Below are positions 42,616 to 54,571 of a stretch of 64,000 bases of DNA, one piece after another. Position 1 is the first letter of the stretch. Every line of letters starts with the position of its first letter. Under the pieces are notes generated by a model. The model saw nothing but the letters and a program-made list of their open reading frames with translations, ran no database searches and was not told where the DNA came from. The position numbers and the translations under genes are program-made. This DNA comes from Pseudomonadota bacterium (GTDB taxonomy: Bacteria > Pseudomonadota > Gammaproteobacteria > Burkholderiales > Burkholderiaceae_A): assembly GCA_041171045.1 (NCBI GenBank), contig JBEDMQ010000102.1, positions 3,048-67,047 of the forward strand. Direction: 5' to 3'.

Positions 42616-42725
42616 TTCGAATTCCTTTCGAAAGCCGCCGCCATTTCCCTTGGCTAGCGAAGTGTCCTAGAAAACCAGGACGGTGGACTTAGAAAAAGCA
42701 CCAGCGCAAAGCCGGTGCCACCAAA

Positions 42726-43121
42726 TTAAATACGGCGACGCTTGGGAGGGCGGCAGCCGTTGTGAGGAACGGGGGTCACATCAGAAATCTGAGTCACACG
42801 AATACCCAATGCATTGAGGGCACGAACCGTGGATTCACGGCCAGGTCCTGGACCCTTGATACGGACTTCAATGTTTTTAACGCCACACTCAACCGCCACT
42901 CGACCAGCGGCTTCAGCGGCTACCTGGGCTGCAAAAGGCGTGCTCTTGCGACTTCCCTTGAAGCCCGCGCCACCAGCAGTGGCCCAGGACAGCGTGTTGC
43001 CCTGACGATCGGTGATGGTGATGATGGTGTTGTTAAACGATGCATGAATATGAGCAACGGCGTCGCTGACATTCTTGCGAACTTTTTTGCGCGTGCGCTG
43101 AGAAGCTTGAACCTTAGCCAT
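42726..43121 (-). CDS. rpsK: 30S ribosomal protein S11
   Basis: [29 protein letters not shown]. Confidence 0.98.
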   Translation of the reverse strand: MAKVQASQRTRKKVRKNVSDAVAHIHASFNNTIITITDRQGNTLSWATAGGAGFKGSRKSTPFAAQVAAEAAGRVAVECGVKNIEVRIKGPGPGRESTVRALNALGIRVTQISDVTPVPHNGCRPPKRRRI

Positions 43122-43130
43122 GGTGATTCC

Positions 43131-43499
43131 TTAGCCTTTCTTCAGAGTAATGCTGCCCTTACGAGGACCCTTGCGGGTACGGGCATTGGTTCTGGTGCGC
43201 TGGCCACGGACTGGCAGGCCCTTACGGTGGCGCATGCCACGGTAACAGCCCAGGTCCATCAGGCGCTTGATCGACATCGAGATCTCACGGCGCAGATCAC
43301 CTTCGGTGGTGAACTTGCCCACCTCGTTACGCAGACGCTCAAGCTCATCATCGGTCAAGTCCTTGACCTTCTTGGTGACTGGAACCCCAGCAGCCTCACA
43401 AATCAGACGGGCACGTGGACGCCCGATGCCATAAATGGCGGTGAGACCAACGTCGGTGTGCTGGTGGCTGGGGATGTTGATACCGGCAATACGAGCCAT
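43131..43499 (-). CDS. rpsM: 30S ribosomal protein S13
   Basis: [28 protein letters not shown]. Confidence 0.98.
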   Translation of the reverse strand: MARIAGINIPSHQHTDVGLTAIYGIGRPRARLICEAAGVPVTKKVKDLTDDELERLRNEVGKFTTEGDLRREISMSIKRLMDLGCYRGMRHRKGLPVRGQRTRTNARTRKGPRKGSITLKKG

Positions 43500-43514
43500 T
43501 CAAACGCTCCTTCT

Positions 43515-43628
43515 TTAACCTTGACGCTGCTTATGACGAGGGTCGGTGCAGATAACCCGCACGACGCCGTGTCGCTTGATGATCTTGCAGTTGCGGCAGA
43601 TGCGCCGTACCGATGCGAGAACTTTCAT
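43515..43628 (-). CDS. rpmJ: 50S ribosomal protein L36 (zinc-ribbon C+ form)
   Basis: Hand translation [37 protein letters not shown]; below the ORF-track cutoff. Confidence 0.97.
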   Translation of the reverse strand: MKVLASVRRICRNCKIIKRHGVVRVICTDPRHKQRQG

Positions 43629-43649
43629 GATGGATCCTTTGGTTCCTTT

Positions 43650-43868
43650 TTACTTCGCTCTGAAAACAATTCGGGCCCGCGACAAGTCGTAGGGCGTGAG
43701 TTCCACAGTGACCTTGTCACCGGGAAGAATCCGGATGTAATGCATGCGCATCTTCCCCGAGATGTGGCCCAACACCACGTGGCCATTCTCGAGTTTCACT
43801 CGGAAGGTGGCATTGGGCAGGTTCTCGATGATCTCGCCCTGCATCTGGATGGCATCGTCTTTCGCCAT
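43650..43868 (-). CDS. infA: Translation initiation factor IF-1
   Basis: [13 protein letters not shown]...[16 protein letters not shown]; TAATG overlap with the secY stop. Confidence 0.97.
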   Translation of the reverse strand: MAKDDAIQMQGEIIENLPNATFRVKLENGHVVLGHISGKMRMHYIRILPGDKVTVELTPYDLSRARIVFRAK

Positions 43869-45172
43869 TACTGACCGAGGCCTCCTTTGAAATTCGACTT
43901 CTTGAGAAGACTCTCGTACTGCTGGGACATGATGTAAGACTGGACCTGGGCCATGAAGTCCATGGTGACCACACAGATGATGAGCAATGACGTGCCGCCG
44001 AAATAGAAGGGCACGTTCCACTTCATCACCAGGGCCTCTGGAATCAGGCAGACGAGGGTGATGTAGAGCGCCCCGACCAAAGTCAGGCGCATCAGAATTT
44101 TGTCGATGTACTTGGCGGTTTGATCGCCGGGCCGGATGCCTGGAATCAGGGCGCCGCTCTTCTTAAGGTTGTCGGCGGTTTCTTTGCTGTTGAACACCAG
44201 AGCTGTGTAGAAGAAGCAGAAAAAGATGATTGCTGCCGCGTATAAAGCCATGTGCAGAGGCTGCCCGGGACTCAGGGCGGCCGAGAGATCGGACAGCCAG
44301 CGCATGCTCTCGGAGCCTGAGCTAAACCAAGAGGACAGGGTGGCTGGGAACAGGATGATGCTGGAGGCGAAAATAGGGGGGATGACGCCAGCCATGTTCA
44401 GTTTGAGAGGCAGGTGTGAGGTCTGGCCCTGGTAGATCTTGTTGCCGACCTGACGCTTGGCGTAATTCACCAGAATGCGTCGCTGGCCCTTCTCTACAAA
44501 AATCACAAAGGCGGTCACCAACACCACCAGGGCGATGATGAACAGCAGGGCGATGGCGGAGAGGGATCCAGTACGAACCAATTCAAACAAGCCGCCCAAG
44601 GCCGTCGGCAGTCCGGCAACGATACCGGCAAAAATGATGATGGAAATACCGTTGCCCAAGCCACGCTCAGTAATCTGCTCGCCCAGCCACATGAGGAACA
44701 TGGTTCCGGTCACCAGTGAGACCACCGTGGTGAATCGAAAGACCATCCCCGGGTCGACCACAAGACCAGGCTGTGACTCTAGGGCTACTGAGATGCCAAT
44801 GGCTTGAACAATGGCCAAAAAGACTGTGCCGTAACGGGTGTACTGGGTAATCTTGCGACGACCGGCCTCGCCCTCTTTTTTAAGGGCTTCCAGCTGAGGG
44901 GACAGAACGCTGGCCAGCTGCATGATGATCGATGCAGAAATGTACGGCATGATGCCCAGCGCGAACACGGTGAACCGGGACAATGCACCGCCCGAGAACA
45001 TGTTGAACATGCCAAGAATGCCACCCGACTGAGACTGAAATAGCTTGGCCAGCTCAACCGAATCGATGCCCGGAACAGGAATGTGCGCCCCCAGACGATA
45101 GACGACCAGAGCGAGCACCAGAAACAACAGGCGCTTGCGCAGGTCGGCAAATTTATCGGTCTTGGGCAGCAT
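43868..45172 (-). CDS. secY: Preprotein translocase SecY
   Basis: [54 protein letters not shown]. Confidence 0.98.
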   Translation of the reverse strand: MLPKTDKFADLRKRLLFLVLALVVYRLGAHIPVPGIDSVELAKLFQSQSGGILGMFNMFSGGALSRFTVFALGIMPYISASIIMQLASVLSPQLEALKKEGEAGRRKITQYTRYGTVFLAIVQAIGISVALESQPGLVVDPGMVFRFTTVVSLVTGTMFLMWLGEQITERGLGNGISIIIFAGIVAGLPTALGGLFELVRTGSLSAIALLFIIALVVLVTAFVIFVEKGQRRILVNYAKRQVGNKIYQGQTSHLPLKLNMAGVIPPIFASSIILFPATLSSWFSSGSESMRWLSDLSAALSPGQPLHMALYAAAIIFFCFFYTALVFNSKETADNLKKSGALIPGIRPGDQTAKYIDKILMRLTLVGALYITLVCLIPEALVMKWNVPFYFGGTSLLIICVVTMDFMAQVQSYIMSQQYESLLKKSNFKGGLGQ

Positions 45173-45194
45173 CTTGGTCTGGTCTTAGAGCGGC

Positions 45195-45695
45195 TTAAGC
45201 GGCCGGCTTGTTCTTGGGGGGCAGCTTGCGAACTTTTTCGACCACCTCAGGGGCGATCACCTGGCCACCAACCGCCTCGATGGCAGCCTTGGCACCGGCG
45301 GTCACGCCCAGGCCACGAACGGTCACTTTGCGCGACAGCTTGCCAGACAGAATGACTTTGGCAGCCCTGGCCAGCTCAGAGACAACGCCAGCCTGCTTGA
45401 GAGCCAGCATGTCGATCTCATCAATGGGCATGCGCTCGATGTCAGACAGGCGAACCTGTTCGATAAATTTGCCAAAGGGCGCCGTGAAACCGCGCTTGGG
45501 CAGGCGACGATGCATGGGCATCTGGCCGCCCTCAAAGCCAACCTTGTGGAAACCACCTGAGCGCGACTTCTGGCCCTTGTGTCCACGACCAGCGGTCTTT
45601 CCAAGACCGGATCCAATGCCACGTCCAACCCGCTTCTTGGGGTGTTTGGCGCCCTCGGCAGGTGCGATCGAATTCAAACGCATGGAATCTTTCAT
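45195..45695 (-). CDS. rplO: 50S ribosomal protein L15
   Basis: [28 protein letters not shown]; short C-terminal extension. Confidence 0.97.
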   Translation of the reverse strand: MKDSMRLNSIAPAEGAKHPKKRVGRGIGSGLGKTAGRGHKGQKSRSGGFHKVGFEGGQMPMHRRLPKRGFTAPFGKFIEQVRLSDIERMPIDEIDMLALKQAGVVSELARAAKVILSGKLSRKVTVRGLGVTAGAKAAIEAVGGQVIAPEVVEKVRKLPPKNKPAA

Positions 45696-45704
45696 TTCAA
45701 ACCC

Positions 45705-45884
45705 TTAAACGATTTGGACCAGGTACTGGACCTTGGTGATCATGCCGCGGACGGCCGGGGTGTCCTCGAGAACGCGAGTCTGATGTAGCTTTTTCAGACC
45801 CAACCCAAGGACGGTGGCGCGATGGTCACTGCGAGTGCCGACGGGGCTGCGGACCAGTTTGACGGTGACGGTTTTCTTATCCAT
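45705..45884 (-). CDS. rpmD: 50S ribosomal protein L30
   Basis: Hand translation [30 protein letters not shown]...[19 protein letters not shown]. Confidence 0.96.
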   Translation of the reverse strand: MDKKTVTVKLVRSPVGTRSDHRATVLGLGLKKLHQTRVLEDTPAVRGMITKVQYLVQIV

Positions 45885-45894
45885 GGCTTGTGCC

Positions 45895-46413
45895 TTAATT
45901 CAGAATCTGCTCGATTGACAGGCCACGCTTGTTTGCAACCTCTGACGGGGTCTGCATGCGCTTTAGCCCATTGATAGTGGCTCGAACCATGTTGTAGGGG
46001 TTGGTAGAACCGATGCTCTTGGCCACCACATCGGTCACGCCCATGACCTCGAAGATGGCGCGCATAGGGCCGCCGGCGATGATGCCAGTACCTTTTGCCG
46101 CCGGCGAAATCAGAACGGTCGATGCGCCATGCTTGCCGGTAACGGTGTGGTGAAACGTGCCCCCCTTGAGAGAGACTCGAACCATCTTCCGGCGGGCCTC
46201 ATCCATGGCCTTCTGAACAGCGACGGGTACTTCCCGAGACTTGCCCTTGCCCATGCCGATGCTGCCATCGCCATCGCCAACCACCGTGAGGGCCGCAAAA
46301 CCCAAAATACGGCCACCTTTGACGGTCTTGCTGACCCGGTTGACCGCAATCATCTTTTCCTTCAGACCATCATCACGGTCTTCGGTATTTACACGTGCTT
46401 GCATTTTTGCCAT
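45895..46413 (-). CDS. rpsE: 30S ribosomal protein S5
   Basis: [29 protein letters not shown]. Confidence 0.98.
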   Translation of the reverse strand: MAKMQARVNTEDRDDGLKEKMIAVNRVSKTVKGGRILGFAALTVVGDGDGSIGMGKGKSREVPVAVQKAMDEARRKMVRVSLKGGTFHHTVTGKHGASTVLISPAAKGTGIIAGGPMRAIFEVMGVTDVVAKSIGSTNPYNMVRATINGLKRMQTPSEVANKRGLSIEQILN

Positions 46414-46429
46414 TGCGATTCCTTTGGTC

Positions 46430-46795
46430 TTAGAACTGCAGCCCGCTCTCGCGAGCAGCCTCTGCCAGGGCCTTCACACGGCCGTGATAACGAAAACCTG
46501 CTCGGTCGAAGGCCACGGCGGTGATGCCAGCAGCCTTGGCCTTCTCGGCAACGCGCTTGCCGACCAGCGCAGCGGCGGCAGCATTACCGCCCTTGCCGGA
46601 ATGACCAGCCAGTTGGGCGCGGATCTCGGCCTCAACCGTCGATGCACTGACCAGCACCTTGTCACCGTTGGGGTCGAGAATGGTTGCGTAAATGTGCAAA
46701 TTGGTGCGATGTACCGACAGACGATGCATGCGCAGCTCGCGGATCTTGGCCCGAGTCTGACGTGCTCTGCGCAGCCTTGCTTTTGTCTTGTCCAT
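46430..46795 (-). CDS. rplR: 50S ribosomal protein L18
   Basis: [25 protein letters not shown]. Confidence 0.98.
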   Translation of the reverse strand: MDKTKARLRRARQTRAKIRELRMHRLSVHRTNLHIYATILDPNGDKVLVSASTVEAEIRAQLAGHSGKGGNAAAAALVGKRVAEKAKAAGITAVAFDRAGFRYHGRVKALAEAARESGLQF

Positions 46796-46843
46796 GGATC
46801 TTGTCCTTGCTTCTGGAAATGTGGTTTGTTCGAGGGGACCGAA

Positions 46844-47377
46844 TTACTTCTTCTTGGTCTCTTTGATGATCACAACCTCGTCGACGTAGCGAACACCTTT
46901 GCCCTTGTATGGCTCAGGCGGACGGTAGGCGCGAACCTCGGCGGCCACCTGACCCACTCGCTGACGATCGATACCCTTGATCACAATCTCTGTGGGGGTG
47001 GGGGTTTCGGCTTTGATGCCCTCGGGCAGCGCGTAATCCACTGGGTGCGAAAAGCCAAGTGCCAGATTCAGGCTCTTGCCTTGAGCTGCGGCTTTGTAGC
47101 CCACACCGACCAAGGACAGCTTTTTCTCAAAGCCCTTGGATACGCCCGTGACCATGTTGTTGACCAGGGCCCGGAGTGTGCCACTCATGGCCTTGGCGTG
47201 ACGGCTCTCATCGGCCACCTCGAAGCTGATTTGGCCATTGTTCACCAAGAGCTTGACCGAGCCGTCCAGAGACTGCTGCAAGGTGCCCAATGGCCCTTTG
47301 ACCGTGATGGCATCGGCCGCCACATTGGCCTCAACGCCAGCGGGCAACTTAACGGGGTATTTAGCGATTCTTGACAT
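46844..47377 (-). CDS. rplF: 50S ribosomal protein L6
   Basis: [17 protein letters not shown]. Confidence 0.98.
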   Translation of the reverse strand: MSRIAKYPVKLPAGVEANVAADAITVKGPLGTLQQSLDGSVKLLVNNGQISFEVADESRHAKAMSGTLRALVNNMVTGVSKGFEKKLSLVGVGYKAAAQGKSLNLALGFSHPVDYALPEGIKAETPTPTEIVIKGIDRQRVGQVAAEVRAYRPPEPYKGKGVRYVDEVVIIKETKKK

Positions 47378-47389
47378 GGTTTGATCCCC

Positions 47390-47785
47390 TTAGGCCACGA
47401 TGCCGATGACTTCGCCACCAATGCCAGAGGCACGTGCTTTGCGATCGGTCATCAAGCCCCGAGAAGTAGATACAATGGCCACACCCAGGCCGTTCATAAC
47501 GTTGGGAATGCTGTCGCGGTCACGATAGACGCGCAGGCCGGGTTTGGAGACCCGCTCAATGCGCTCAATGACCGGGCGGCCAGCGTGGTACTTCAGGCTG
47601 ATCTCCAGATCGGCCTTTGGACCTTCTTGGCGTACGGCATAGCCATCAATGTAGCCCTCGTCTTTCAGCAGGGTGGCGATGGCCACCTTGATCTTGGAGG
47701 ACGGCATTTGTACCGACCGCTTCTCCACCCGCTGCGCGTTGCGAATGCGGGTGAACATGTCGGCGATGGGATCGTTCATGCTCAT
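47390..47785 (-). CDS. rpsH: 30S ribosomal protein S8
   Basis: [28 protein letters not shown]. Confidence 0.98.
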   Translation of the reverse strand: MSMNDPIADMFTRIRNAQRVEKRSVQMPSSKIKVAIATLLKDEGYIDGYAVRQEGPKADLEISLKYHAGRPVIERIERVSKPGLRVYRDRDSIPNVMNGLGVAIVSTSRGLMTDRKARASGIGGEVIGIVA

Positions 47786-47827
47786 GGATGAGAACCCTTT
47801 TCTTTCAAGCTTCTAAGTAAGTCGGAT

Positions 47828-48133
47828 TTACCAGCTGGCCTTGGTAAGGCCGGGAATTTCACCGCGGAAGGCGGCTTCACGAATCTTCATACGACCCAGC
47901 CCAAACAACCGATAGGTGCCACGAGGACGACCGGTCAGCTGACAGCGGTTGCGCTGACGAACTGGGCTGGAATTTCGGGGGAGCTTCTGGAGCGCAAGGC
48001 GAGCCTCATAGCGCTCTTCTTCAGTCTTAGACTGATCCTGAATGATGGTGAAGAGCGCTGCCCGCTTTGCGGCGTATTTCTTAACCAAGGCCTCGCGCTT
48101 CTTCTCGCGATTGATCATTGACAGTTTTGCCAT
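47828..48133 (-). CDS. rpsN: 30S ribosomal protein S14 (long C- form)
   Basis: [23 protein letters not shown]. Confidence 0.98.
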   Translation of the reverse strand: MAKLSMINREKKREALVKKYAAKRAALFTIIQDQSKTEEERYEARLALQKLPRNSSPVRQRNRCQLTGRPRGTYRLFGLGRMKIREAAFRGEIPGLTKASW

Positions 48134-48152
48134 TTGAGATGGTCCTGTTCAG

Positions 48153-48692
48153 TTAATTCTTGAAGGGGAACTTGAAGCCAGCCAGCAGGGCTTTCGCTTC
48201 GGCGTCGGTCTTGGCTGTGGTGGTCACGCTGATGTTCAGACCGCGGACAGCATCGACCTTGTCGTATTCAATTTCCGGAAAAATGATCTGCTCTTTCACG
48301 CCGATGTTGTAGTTGCCACGGCCGTCAAAAGACTTTCCAGAGATACCGCGGAAGTCGCGAACCCGGGGCAAGGCGACCGTCACAAATCGATCGAGGAACT
48401 CGAACATGCGGGCGCCACGCAGCGTCACCATGCAGCCAATGGGATAACCCTCGCGAATCTTGAAGCCCGCGATGGCCTTGCGAGCCTTGGTCACGACAGG
48501 CTTTTGACCAGCAATTTTGGTGAGGTCGGCCACGGCAGCCTCGATCACTTTTTTGTCGGATACGGCCTCGCCAACGCCCATGTTCAGGGTGATTTTGGTC
48601 AGGCGAGGCACTTCCATCTTCGACTTGTAGCCAAACTTGGCCATCAAGGCTGGTGCGACCTGGTCACGATAAATTTCTTGCATGCGAGACAT
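48153..48692 (-). CDS. rplE: 50S ribosomal protein L5
   Basis: [24 protein letters not shown]. Confidence 0.98.
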   Translation of the reverse strand: MSRMQEIYRDQVAPALMAKFGYKSKMEVPRLTKITLNMGVGEAVSDKKVIEAAVADLTKIAGQKPVVTKARKAIAGFKIREGYPIGCMVTLRGARMFEFLDRFVTVALPRVRDFRGISGKSFDGRGNYNIGVKEQIIFPEIEYDKVDAVRGLNISVTTTAKTDAEAKALLAGFKFPFKN

Positions 48693-48701
48693 GTCGGTTC
48701 C

Positions 48702-49034
48702 TTATGCAGCAGCGGCAGCGGCCGGTAGGGGTTCTTTGGAGGAGGCATACACGCGGACCTTGCTGCCGTCTTCTTTCACCTGAATGGCAACCCGATCGGC
48801 CTTTTGGGTCTTGGGGTTGTAGATGGCAACGTTGGACTGGTCAATGGGCATGGCCTTGTCGACGATGCCACCCTGGTCACCCTTCATGGGATTGGGCCGC
48901 TGATGCTTCTTGGCCAGATTGACACCCTCAACGACCAGGTATTGTTCGTCAACGCGACGCAGAACAAGACCGCGCTTGCCCTTGTCCCGACCTGTGATGA
49001 CGATCACCTCGTCACCTTTTCGAATCTTGTTCAT
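48702..49034 (-). CDS. rplX: 50S ribosomal protein L24
   Basis: [20 protein letters not shown] (KOW). Confidence 0.98.
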   Translation of the reverse strand: MNKIRKGDEVIVITGRDKGKRGLVLRRVDEQYLVVEGVNLAKKHQRPNPMKGDQGGIVDKAMPIDQSNVAIYNPKTQKADRVAIQVKEDGSKVRVYASSKEPLPAAAAAA

Positions 49035-49069
49035 ATTGGATCCGCCTCTTGAATCTCTATTTCGACTGC

Positions 49070-49438
49070 TTAAATCACTTCGGGTGCGAGCGAGACAATC
49101 TTCATGAATTTCTCGCTACGCAGTTCACGCGTCACCGGGCCAAAAATACGGGTACCGATGGGCTCTAGTTTGGTGTTCAACAGGACGGCGGCATTGCCGT
49201 CGAACTTGACGAGTGATCCATCAGGGCGACGAACACCCTTGGCGGTGCGAACCACAACCGCGTTGTAGATCTCACCCTTCTTGACCCGACCACGCGGTGC
49301 GGCATCTTTGATAGAGACCTTGATGATGTCCCCAATACCGGCATAGCGGCGCTTGGATCCACCAAGGACTTTGATACACATGACTGAACGGGCCCCGGTG
49401 TTATCGGCCACGTCCAGACGCGATTGCATCTGAATCAT
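49070..49438 (-). CDS. rplN: 50S ribosomal protein L14
   Basis: [24 protein letters not shown]. Confidence 0.98.
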   Translation of the reverse strand: MIQMQSRLDVADNTGARSVMCIKVLGGSKRRYAGIGDIIKVSIKDAAPRGRVKKGEIYNAVVVRTAKGVRRPDGSLVKFDGNAAVLLNTKLEPIGTRIFGPVTRELRSEKFMKIVSLAPEVI

Positions 49439-49599
49439 GATTCGTCATTCCCAATAAACGGACTACACAACAATTTGGAAACCTGCTCCCCAACTTGCTG
49501 ACAAAAAGCGTCAGCAGTATTGGGCTCCGTCGATCCAGATACTCGTCGGCTATGGCCAACCAGTCTCTGGGCGTTGGAGAAGATGGGTACTACGCCAAG

Positions 49600-49638
49600 A
49601 AAGCCCTCGATCATACAACAAAGACCAAGAGCCTGCAA
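49600..49638 (-). promoter_or_regulatory. sigma70 promoter of the spc operon
   Basis: TTGCAG-17 nt-TATGAT followed by CGAGGGCTTT. Confidence 0.75.
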
Positions 49639-49652
49639 GGCCCTTCTAAAAC

Positions 49653-49919
49653 TTAGACCACCACCGCCTTGGAGACCAGCTTGGTCACCTTCCAGGATTT
49701 CGTCTTGGAAATGGGGCGGGTCTCCGCGATCTCGACCGTATCGCCCATGCCGACGCCGTCGAGCTCGATGTGGGCGTGATACTTCTTGGACTGACCGATG
49801 AACTTGCCATAAACGGGGTGCTGGATACGACGCTCGACCAAAACGGTCACCGTCTTCTGCATTTTGTCGCTAACGACGCGACCCACCAGGGTCCGGGTGA
49901 GGGATTGGTTCTGGCTCAT
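49653..49919 (-). CDS. rpsQ: 30S ribosomal protein S17
   Basis: [23 protein letters not shown]. Confidence 0.98.
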   Translation of the reverse strand: MSQNQSLTRTLVGRVVSDKMQKTVTVLVERRIQHPVYGKFIGQSKKYHAHIELDGVGMGDTVEIAETRPISKTKSWKVTKLVSKAVVV

Positions 49920-50107
49920 GCGGTCTTCCTTTCACGAATGAGCGTCTTGACCCTGGCAATGTCACGCTTAACCGCACCAAGCTGGGCGGTATTGGCGAGT
50001 TGCTGGGTGCCGTGCTGCATGCGCAGGTTGAAATGGGCGCGAAGCAGGGACTCAAGCTCAGTGGTGAGCTCGGTCTCAGACTTGGCACGTAATTCGGATG
50101 CTTTCAT
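49916..50107 (-). CDS. rpmC: 50S ribosomal protein L29
   Basis: [22 protein letters not shown]. Confidence 0.97.
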   Translation of the reverse strand: MKASELRAKSETELTTELESLLRAHFNLRMQHGTQQLANTAQLGAVKRDIARVKTLIRERKTA

Positions 50108-50124
50108 CTCTGATCCTTTTTTAA

Positions 50125-50541
50125 CTAGCGGCCAACCTGACGGACCACAAAGGTGGTGGACAGGGGCAGTTTTGCCGCGGCCAGACGGAAGGCTTCACGG
50201 GCCAGAATCTCGTCGACCCCGTCCATCTCGTAGAGCACCTTGCCGGGCTGGATCTCTGCGACGTAGTACTCGATGTTGCCCTTGCCGTTGCCCATACGAA
50301 CTTCAGCAGGCTTCTTGGAAATGGGTTTGTCCGGAAAAATACGGATCCAGATTCGACCGCCACGTTTGATGTGACGGGTCATCGCCCGACGGGCAGCCTC
50401 AATCTGGCGTGAGGTCAGTCGACCACGAGCCGTGGCTTTTAAGCCGTACTCGCCAAACGAGACAGCCGTTCCACGGGTCGCCAAGCCAGTGTTACGGCCT
50501 TTCTGTTCTTTCCGGTATTTGCGACGTGCAGGTTGCAGCAT
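50125..50541 (-). CDS. rplP: 50S ribosomal protein L16
   Basis: [20 protein letters not shown]. Confidence 0.98.
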   Translation of the reverse strand: MLQPARRKYRKEQKGRNTGLATRGTAVSFGEYGLKATARGRLTSRQIEAARRAMTRHIKRGGRIWIRIFPDKPISKKPAEVRMGNGKGNIEYYVAEIQPGKVLYEMDGVDEILAREAFRLAAAKLPLSTTFVVRQVGR

Positions 50542-50558
50542 GATAAATCCGCCTTTGA

Positions 50559-51371
50559 CTATGAGGATGCAGACTGGTCGCCCTCGGCGGCCGCTGCGGT
50601 GACTTTACGAACACGCTTAACCGCCGGCTTGGCCTCGACCGCCTCGCCTTCGGGCTTGGTCCGTTTGGCGGGTGCACGACGGGGTTTTTTCTCGGGCTCG
50701 GCAGCCGTGGGTTCTTGAGCCGCCACCGCAGGCGCATCGCCACGACCGAGTGTGTCCCCCTTGTAGACCCAGACTTTGACGCCAATGATGCCGTAGGTCG
50801 TCACGGCTTCGGCAAAGCCATAGTCGATGTCCGCACGCAAGGTATGGAGGGGTACACGTCCTTCGCGATACCACTCGGTACGGGCAATCTCTGCCCCATT
50901 GAGTCGACCGGAGCTCATAATCTTGATGCCCTGCGCACCCAGGCGCATGGCATTTTGCATGGCACGCTTCATGGCCCGACGGAACATGATGCGCTTTTCT
51001 AGCTGCTGGGTAATGCTCTCAGCAATCAGCTGAGCGTCAACTTCTGGCTTGCGAATTTCCTCAATGTTGACGTGAACTGGCACGCCCATCATGGCGGACA
51101 GCTGGGTCTTGAGTGCTTCGATGTCTTCGCCTTTTTTGCCAATCACAACGCCAGGGCGGGCACTGAAAATGGTGATCTTGGCATTCTTGGCTGGACGCTC
51201 AATCAAGACACGGCCAACAGCAGCGCTCTTCAACTTGCGCTTGAGGAAGTCGCGAACCTTGATGTCTTCGTTGAGCATCTTGCCAAAATCGCGAGGATTG
51301 GCAAACCAACGTGATGACCAGTTACGCGAGACCGCGAGGCGAAATCCTGTGGGGTGAACTTTTTGTCCCAT
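50559..51371 (-). CDS. rpsC: 30S ribosomal protein S3
   Basis: [25 protein letters not shown]; low-complexity C-terminal tail of about 55 aa. Confidence 0.98.
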   Translation of the reverse strand: MGQKVHPTGFRLAVSRNWSSRWFANPRDFGKMLNEDIKVRDFLKRKLKSAAVGRVLIERPAKNAKITIFSARPGVVIGKKGEDIEALKTQLSAMMGVPVHVNIEEIRKPEVDAQLIAESITQQLEKRIMFRRAMKRAMQNAMRLGAQGIKIMSSGRLNGAEIARTEWYREGRVPLHTLRADIDYGFAEAVTTYGIIGVKVWVYKGDTLGRGDAPAVAAQEPTAAEPEKKPRRAPAKRTKPEGEAVEAKPAVKRVRKVTAAAAEGDQSASS

Positions 51372-51380
51372 CGCTCTTCC

Positions 51381-51710
51381 TTAGTTTCCGACGGTGATGC
51401 TGATATGGCAGGTTGGCTTTTCGATCCGGACGCCGCGACCCTTGGCACGAGCGGAGAACCGACGAAGCTTGGTGCCGCGCTCAACCGTAATGGTCTTGAC
51501 CTTGAGCTCGTCAATGTCAGCGCCGTCATTGTGCTCGGCGTTCGCAATTGCTGACTCGAGCACTTTTTTAACGATGACTGCGGCCTTCTTGGGCGTGTAG
51601 GTCAAGGTGTTGAGAGCCTGCTCAACCGGCTTGCCGCGAATGAGGTCTGCGACCAACCGACCTTTTTGGGCCGAGAGTCTTACGCCTCTGAGTTTTGCTG
51701 AAGTTTCCAT
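51381..51710 (-). CDS. rplV: 50S ribosomal protein L22
   Basis: [28 protein letters not shown]. Confidence 0.98.
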   Translation of the reverse strand: METSAKLRGVRLSAQKGRLVADLIRGKPVEQALNTLTYTPKKAAVIVKKVLESAIANAEHNDGADIDELKVKTITVERGTKLRRFSARAKGRGVRIEKPTCHISITVGN

Positions 51711-51744
51711 GTCTATTTCCTTGGTCCGATGTCAGAGGCCTGGC

Positions 51745-52023
51745 TTATTTCTTAACGGCCTTCTTGTCAGCCGCGTGCCCCTTGAAGGTACGGGTGAGGG
51801 CAAATTCGCCGAGCTTATGACCCACCATGTTGTCGGTTACATAGACCGGCACATGCTGGCGGCCGTTGTGAACGGCGATGGTCAGGCCGACGAACTCGGG
51901 CAGGATGGTCGAACGACGCGACCAGGTTTTGATGGGGCGCTTGTCCTTCGACTCAACGGTGATCTCGACTTTTTTGTAGAGATGATCGTCAACGAAGGGG
52001 CCTTTTTTTGCTGAACGTGCCAT
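51745..52023 (-). CDS. rpsS: 30S ribosomal protein S19
   Basis: [23 protein letters not shown]. Confidence 0.98.
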   Translation of the reverse strand: MARSAKKGPFVDDHLYKKVEITVESKDKRPIKTWSRRSTILPEFVGLTIAVHNGRQHVPVYVTDNMVGHKLGEFALTRTFKGHAADKKAVKK

Positions 52024-52042
52024 GTGCTAATTCCCTCTACCC

Positions 52043-52873
52043 TTATTTCCGCTTGTGACGGCTGGTCACAATCATGGAATTGGTGCGTTTGTTTCGACGT
52101 GTCTTGTAACCCTTGGTTGGCGTACCCCATGGGCTCACCGGCTCACGGGCCTCACCCGTTCGGCCCTCGCCACCACCATGCGGGTGATCGATTGGGTTCA
52201 TGGCCACACCACGAACCGTTGGGCGGACACCGCGCCAACGGGTCGCACCGGCCTTACCAAGCTGGCGCAGGTTGTTTTCGGTGTTACTGACCTCGCCCAG
52301 CGTCGCACGGCATTCGATGTGCACGCGACGGATCTCACCAGAGCGCAGACGGACCTGAGCGTAGGTACCCTCTCTGGCCAGCAACTGGGCACTACCACCA
52401 GCGGCGCGCACGATCTGTGCACCCTTGCCCGGCAAGAGTTCCACACAGTGGATGGTGGAACCAACGGGAATGTTGCGAATAGGCAGGGTGTTACCCGGCT
52501 TGATGGGCGCCTCTGAACCGCTCATCAGCTCAGCACCGACTTCGATCCCCTTGGGCGCAATGATGTAACGACGCTCTCCGTCTGCGTAGCAGAGCAGAGC
52601 AATGTGGGCGCTACGGTTTGGGTCGTATTCAATGCGCTCAACCTTGGCAGCAATGCCGTCCTTGTCACGACGAAAGTCGATGATTCGATACTGCTGCTTG
52701 TGGCCACCGCCACGATGTCGCGTGGTAATGCGGCCATTGTTGTTGCGGCCCGCGGTCTTGGATTGGGATTCCGTTAGGGAATCCAGTGGGCGGCCCTTGT
52801 AGAGGTGGGGATGAACCACCTTGACCACGGCCCGCTGACCAGCGGAGGTTGGTTTGAGTTTGACGATAGGCAT
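52043..52873 (-). CDS. rplB: 50S ribosomal protein L2
   Basis: [31 protein letters not shown]. Confidence 0.98.
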   Translation of the reverse strand: MPIVKLKPTSAGQRAVVKVVHPHLYKGRPLDSLTESQSKTAGRNNNGRITTRHRGGGHKQQYRIIDFRRDKDGIAAKVERIEYDPNRSAHIALLCYADGERRYIIAPKGIEVGAELMSGSEAPIKPGNTLPIRNIPVGSTIHCVELLPGKGAQIVRAAGGSAQLLAREGTYAQVRLRSGEIRRVHIECRATLGEVSNTENNLRQLGKAGATRWRGVRPTVRGVAMNPIDHPHGGGEGRTGEAREPVSPWGTPTKGYKTRRNKRTNSMIVTSRHKRK

Positions 52874-52875
52874 GA

Positions 52876-53175
52876 TTACGCAGCCTCCCCACCGAAGTTG
52901 ATTTCTTGACCCTCAGCCAGGCAGACATAAGCTTTACGCGTGTCCCGACGACGGCCGGAGGTCTTGCCATGGCGCTTGGCCTTGCCCTTGACGTTCAAGA
53001 CCTTGACTTCGGCCACACGAACTTTGAATAACAGTTCCACAGCTGCCTTGATCTCAGGCTTGGTGGCGTCGGGGGTCACCCGGAAGGCCACTTGGTTGTT
53101 CTGCTCACCGATCTGAGTGCTCTTTTCAGAAATGATCGGCGACAGCAGGACCTTAAGCAGACGCTCTTGATTCAT
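52876..53175 (-). CDS. rplW: 50S ribosomal protein L23
   Basis: [22 protein letters not shown]. Confidence 0.97.
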   Translation of the reverse strand: MNQERLLKVLLSPIISEKSTQIGEQNNQVAFRVTPDATKPEIKAAVELLFKVRVAEVKVLNVKGKAKRHGKTSGRRRDTRKAYVCLAEGQEINFGGEAA

Positions 53176-53792
53176 GACAGCATCTCCTCAAAACGGGCCA
53201 GAGCGGCACGAGTCATTAGAACCTTGTCGAAATAAACCAGCGAAACCGGATCTGCAGCCTCTGGCTCAAGCACGGCAATGCTCTGCAGGTTGCGAGACGC
53301 GAGGTAAAGCGACTCGTCCAGGTTGTCGGTGATTAACAAAACCGACTCCATACCCATTTGCTTGAGCTTGTCAGCCACCAGCTTGGTCTTGGGAGCCTCG
53401 ACCTCGAACTTCTCTACGATCGCCAGTCGGCCTTCACGAGCCAACTGAGAAAGAATGGCCCGCACGCCAGCGCGGTACATTTTTTTGTTGACCTTGTGGC
53501 TGAAGTTCTCGTCGGGAGAATTGGGGAAGACCTTGCCACCGCCACGCCACAGGGGGCTGGAAGCGCGGCCCACACGGGCGCGACCCGTGCCTTTTTGGCG
53601 CCAGGGCTTGCGTGTGGATTTGTTGATTTCGGACCGGTCTTTTTGCTTGCGATTGCCACTGCGAGCATTGGCCTGATAGGCGACAACCACCTGGTGAATC
53701 AGGGGCTCGTTGAAATCCCGGTTGAAGACGACGTCTGTGGCCTGAACGGTTCCGGCTGCCTGACCAGCGTCGTTTAAGAGCGTGAGTTCCAT
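53172..53792 (-). CDS. rplD: 50S ribosomal protein L4
   Basis: [19 protein letters not shown]. Confidence 0.98.
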   Translation of the reverse strand: MELTLLNDAGQAAGTVQATDVVFNRDFNEPLIHQVVVAYQANARSGNRKQKDRSEINKSTRKPWRQKGTGRARVGRASSPLWRGGGKVFPNSPDENFSHKVNKKMYRAGVRAILSQLAREGRLAIVEKFEVEAPKTKLVADKLKQMGMESVLLITDNLDESLYLASRNLQSIAVLEPEAADPVSLVYFDKVLMTRAALARFEEMLS

Positions 53793-53803
53793 GTCCGCGC
53801 CCC

Positions 53804-54454
53804 TTATGACTGTGCGCCCGCACGAACGGCGGGACGAATGATGAGGTGGCCGCCCTTGGATCCGGGGACTGCACCCTTGATCAGGACCAGCTGACGGTCA
53901 ACGTCGACCCGCGCCACCTCGAGGTTTTGAACCGTGCGACGAACGTGGCCGTCATGACCCGGCATACGTTTACCGGGGAAGACGCGACCGGGGTCCTGAG
54001 CCATACCAATGGAGCCAGGAACGTTGTGCGAACGGGAGTTACCGTGAGAGGCCCGCTGGGAACCGAAGTTGTGGCGCTTGATGGTGCCCGTAAAGCCTTT
54101 ACCCTGGGTGGTACCGGTGACGTCGACCTTTTGGCCTGCCGCAAAGAGATCCACCGATAGGGTCTGCCCAGCGGCCAAATTGGCAAGCTGGTCCGCAGAC
54201 ACTGGGAATTCCCGCAGAATTTCACCGGCCTCAACGCCAGCCTTGGCGAAATGACCTGCGGCTGGCTTGGTGACACGGGAGGCCCGCTTGGTGCCGTAGG
54301 CGACCTGGACGGCGCAATAGCCGTCTGTCTCGTTAGACTTGAGTTGGGTGACACGGTTGTCTGACACGTCAATCACGGTAACGGGAACAGTGTCGCCGTC
54401 TTCCGTGAAGATGCGGGTCATACCAACCTTGCGACCGAGTAGTCCAAGGCTCAT
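53804..54454 (-). CDS. rplC: 50S ribosomal protein L3
   Basis: [34 protein letters not shown]. Confidence 0.98.
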   Translation of the reverse strand: MSLGLLGRKVGMTRIFTEDGDTVPVTVIDVSDNRVTQLKSNETDGYCAVQVAYGTKRASRVTKPAAGHFAKAGVEAGEILREFPVSADQLANLAAGQTLSVDLFAAGQKVDVTGTTQGKGFTGTIKRHNFGSQRASHGNSRSHNVPGSIGMAQDPGRVFPGKRMPGHDGHVRRTVQNLEVARVDVDRQLVLIKGAVPGSKGGHLIIRPAVRAGAQS

Positions 54455-54467
54455 CTTCTTCTCCGAT

Positions 54468-54487
54468 CCTGGCTACGATTGGCCAGG
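54468..54487 (-). promoter_or_regulatory. Putative L4-responsive leader hairpin in front of rplC
   Basis: CCTGGC-CAATCGTA-GCCAGG immediately 5' of the rplC SD; the loop resembles the CAAUCGUA segment recalled from the E. coli S10 leader. Confidence 0.5.
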
Positions 54488-54526
54488 GCTGTTAAAAATA
54501 GGTCTCTGGCGCTATGTGGCTACCAG

Positions 54527-54566
54527 AAAAGCCCTCTATGATAAATCTAATTCAGGTTTGTTGCAA
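54527..54566 (-). promoter_or_regulatory. sigma70 promoter between rpsJ and rplC
   Basis: TTGCAA-17 nt-TATCAT followed by AGAGGGCTTTT, starting 5 nt after the rpsJ stop. Confidence 0.72.
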
Positions 54567-54571
54567 GTGCC

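Noticed and set aside
50559-50730. Low-complexity C-terminal tails on S3 (also L15, L24, YihA, RpoC)
   Set aside because: Variable charged/Ala-rich tails are common on these proteins, with no tandem repeat or domain evident.
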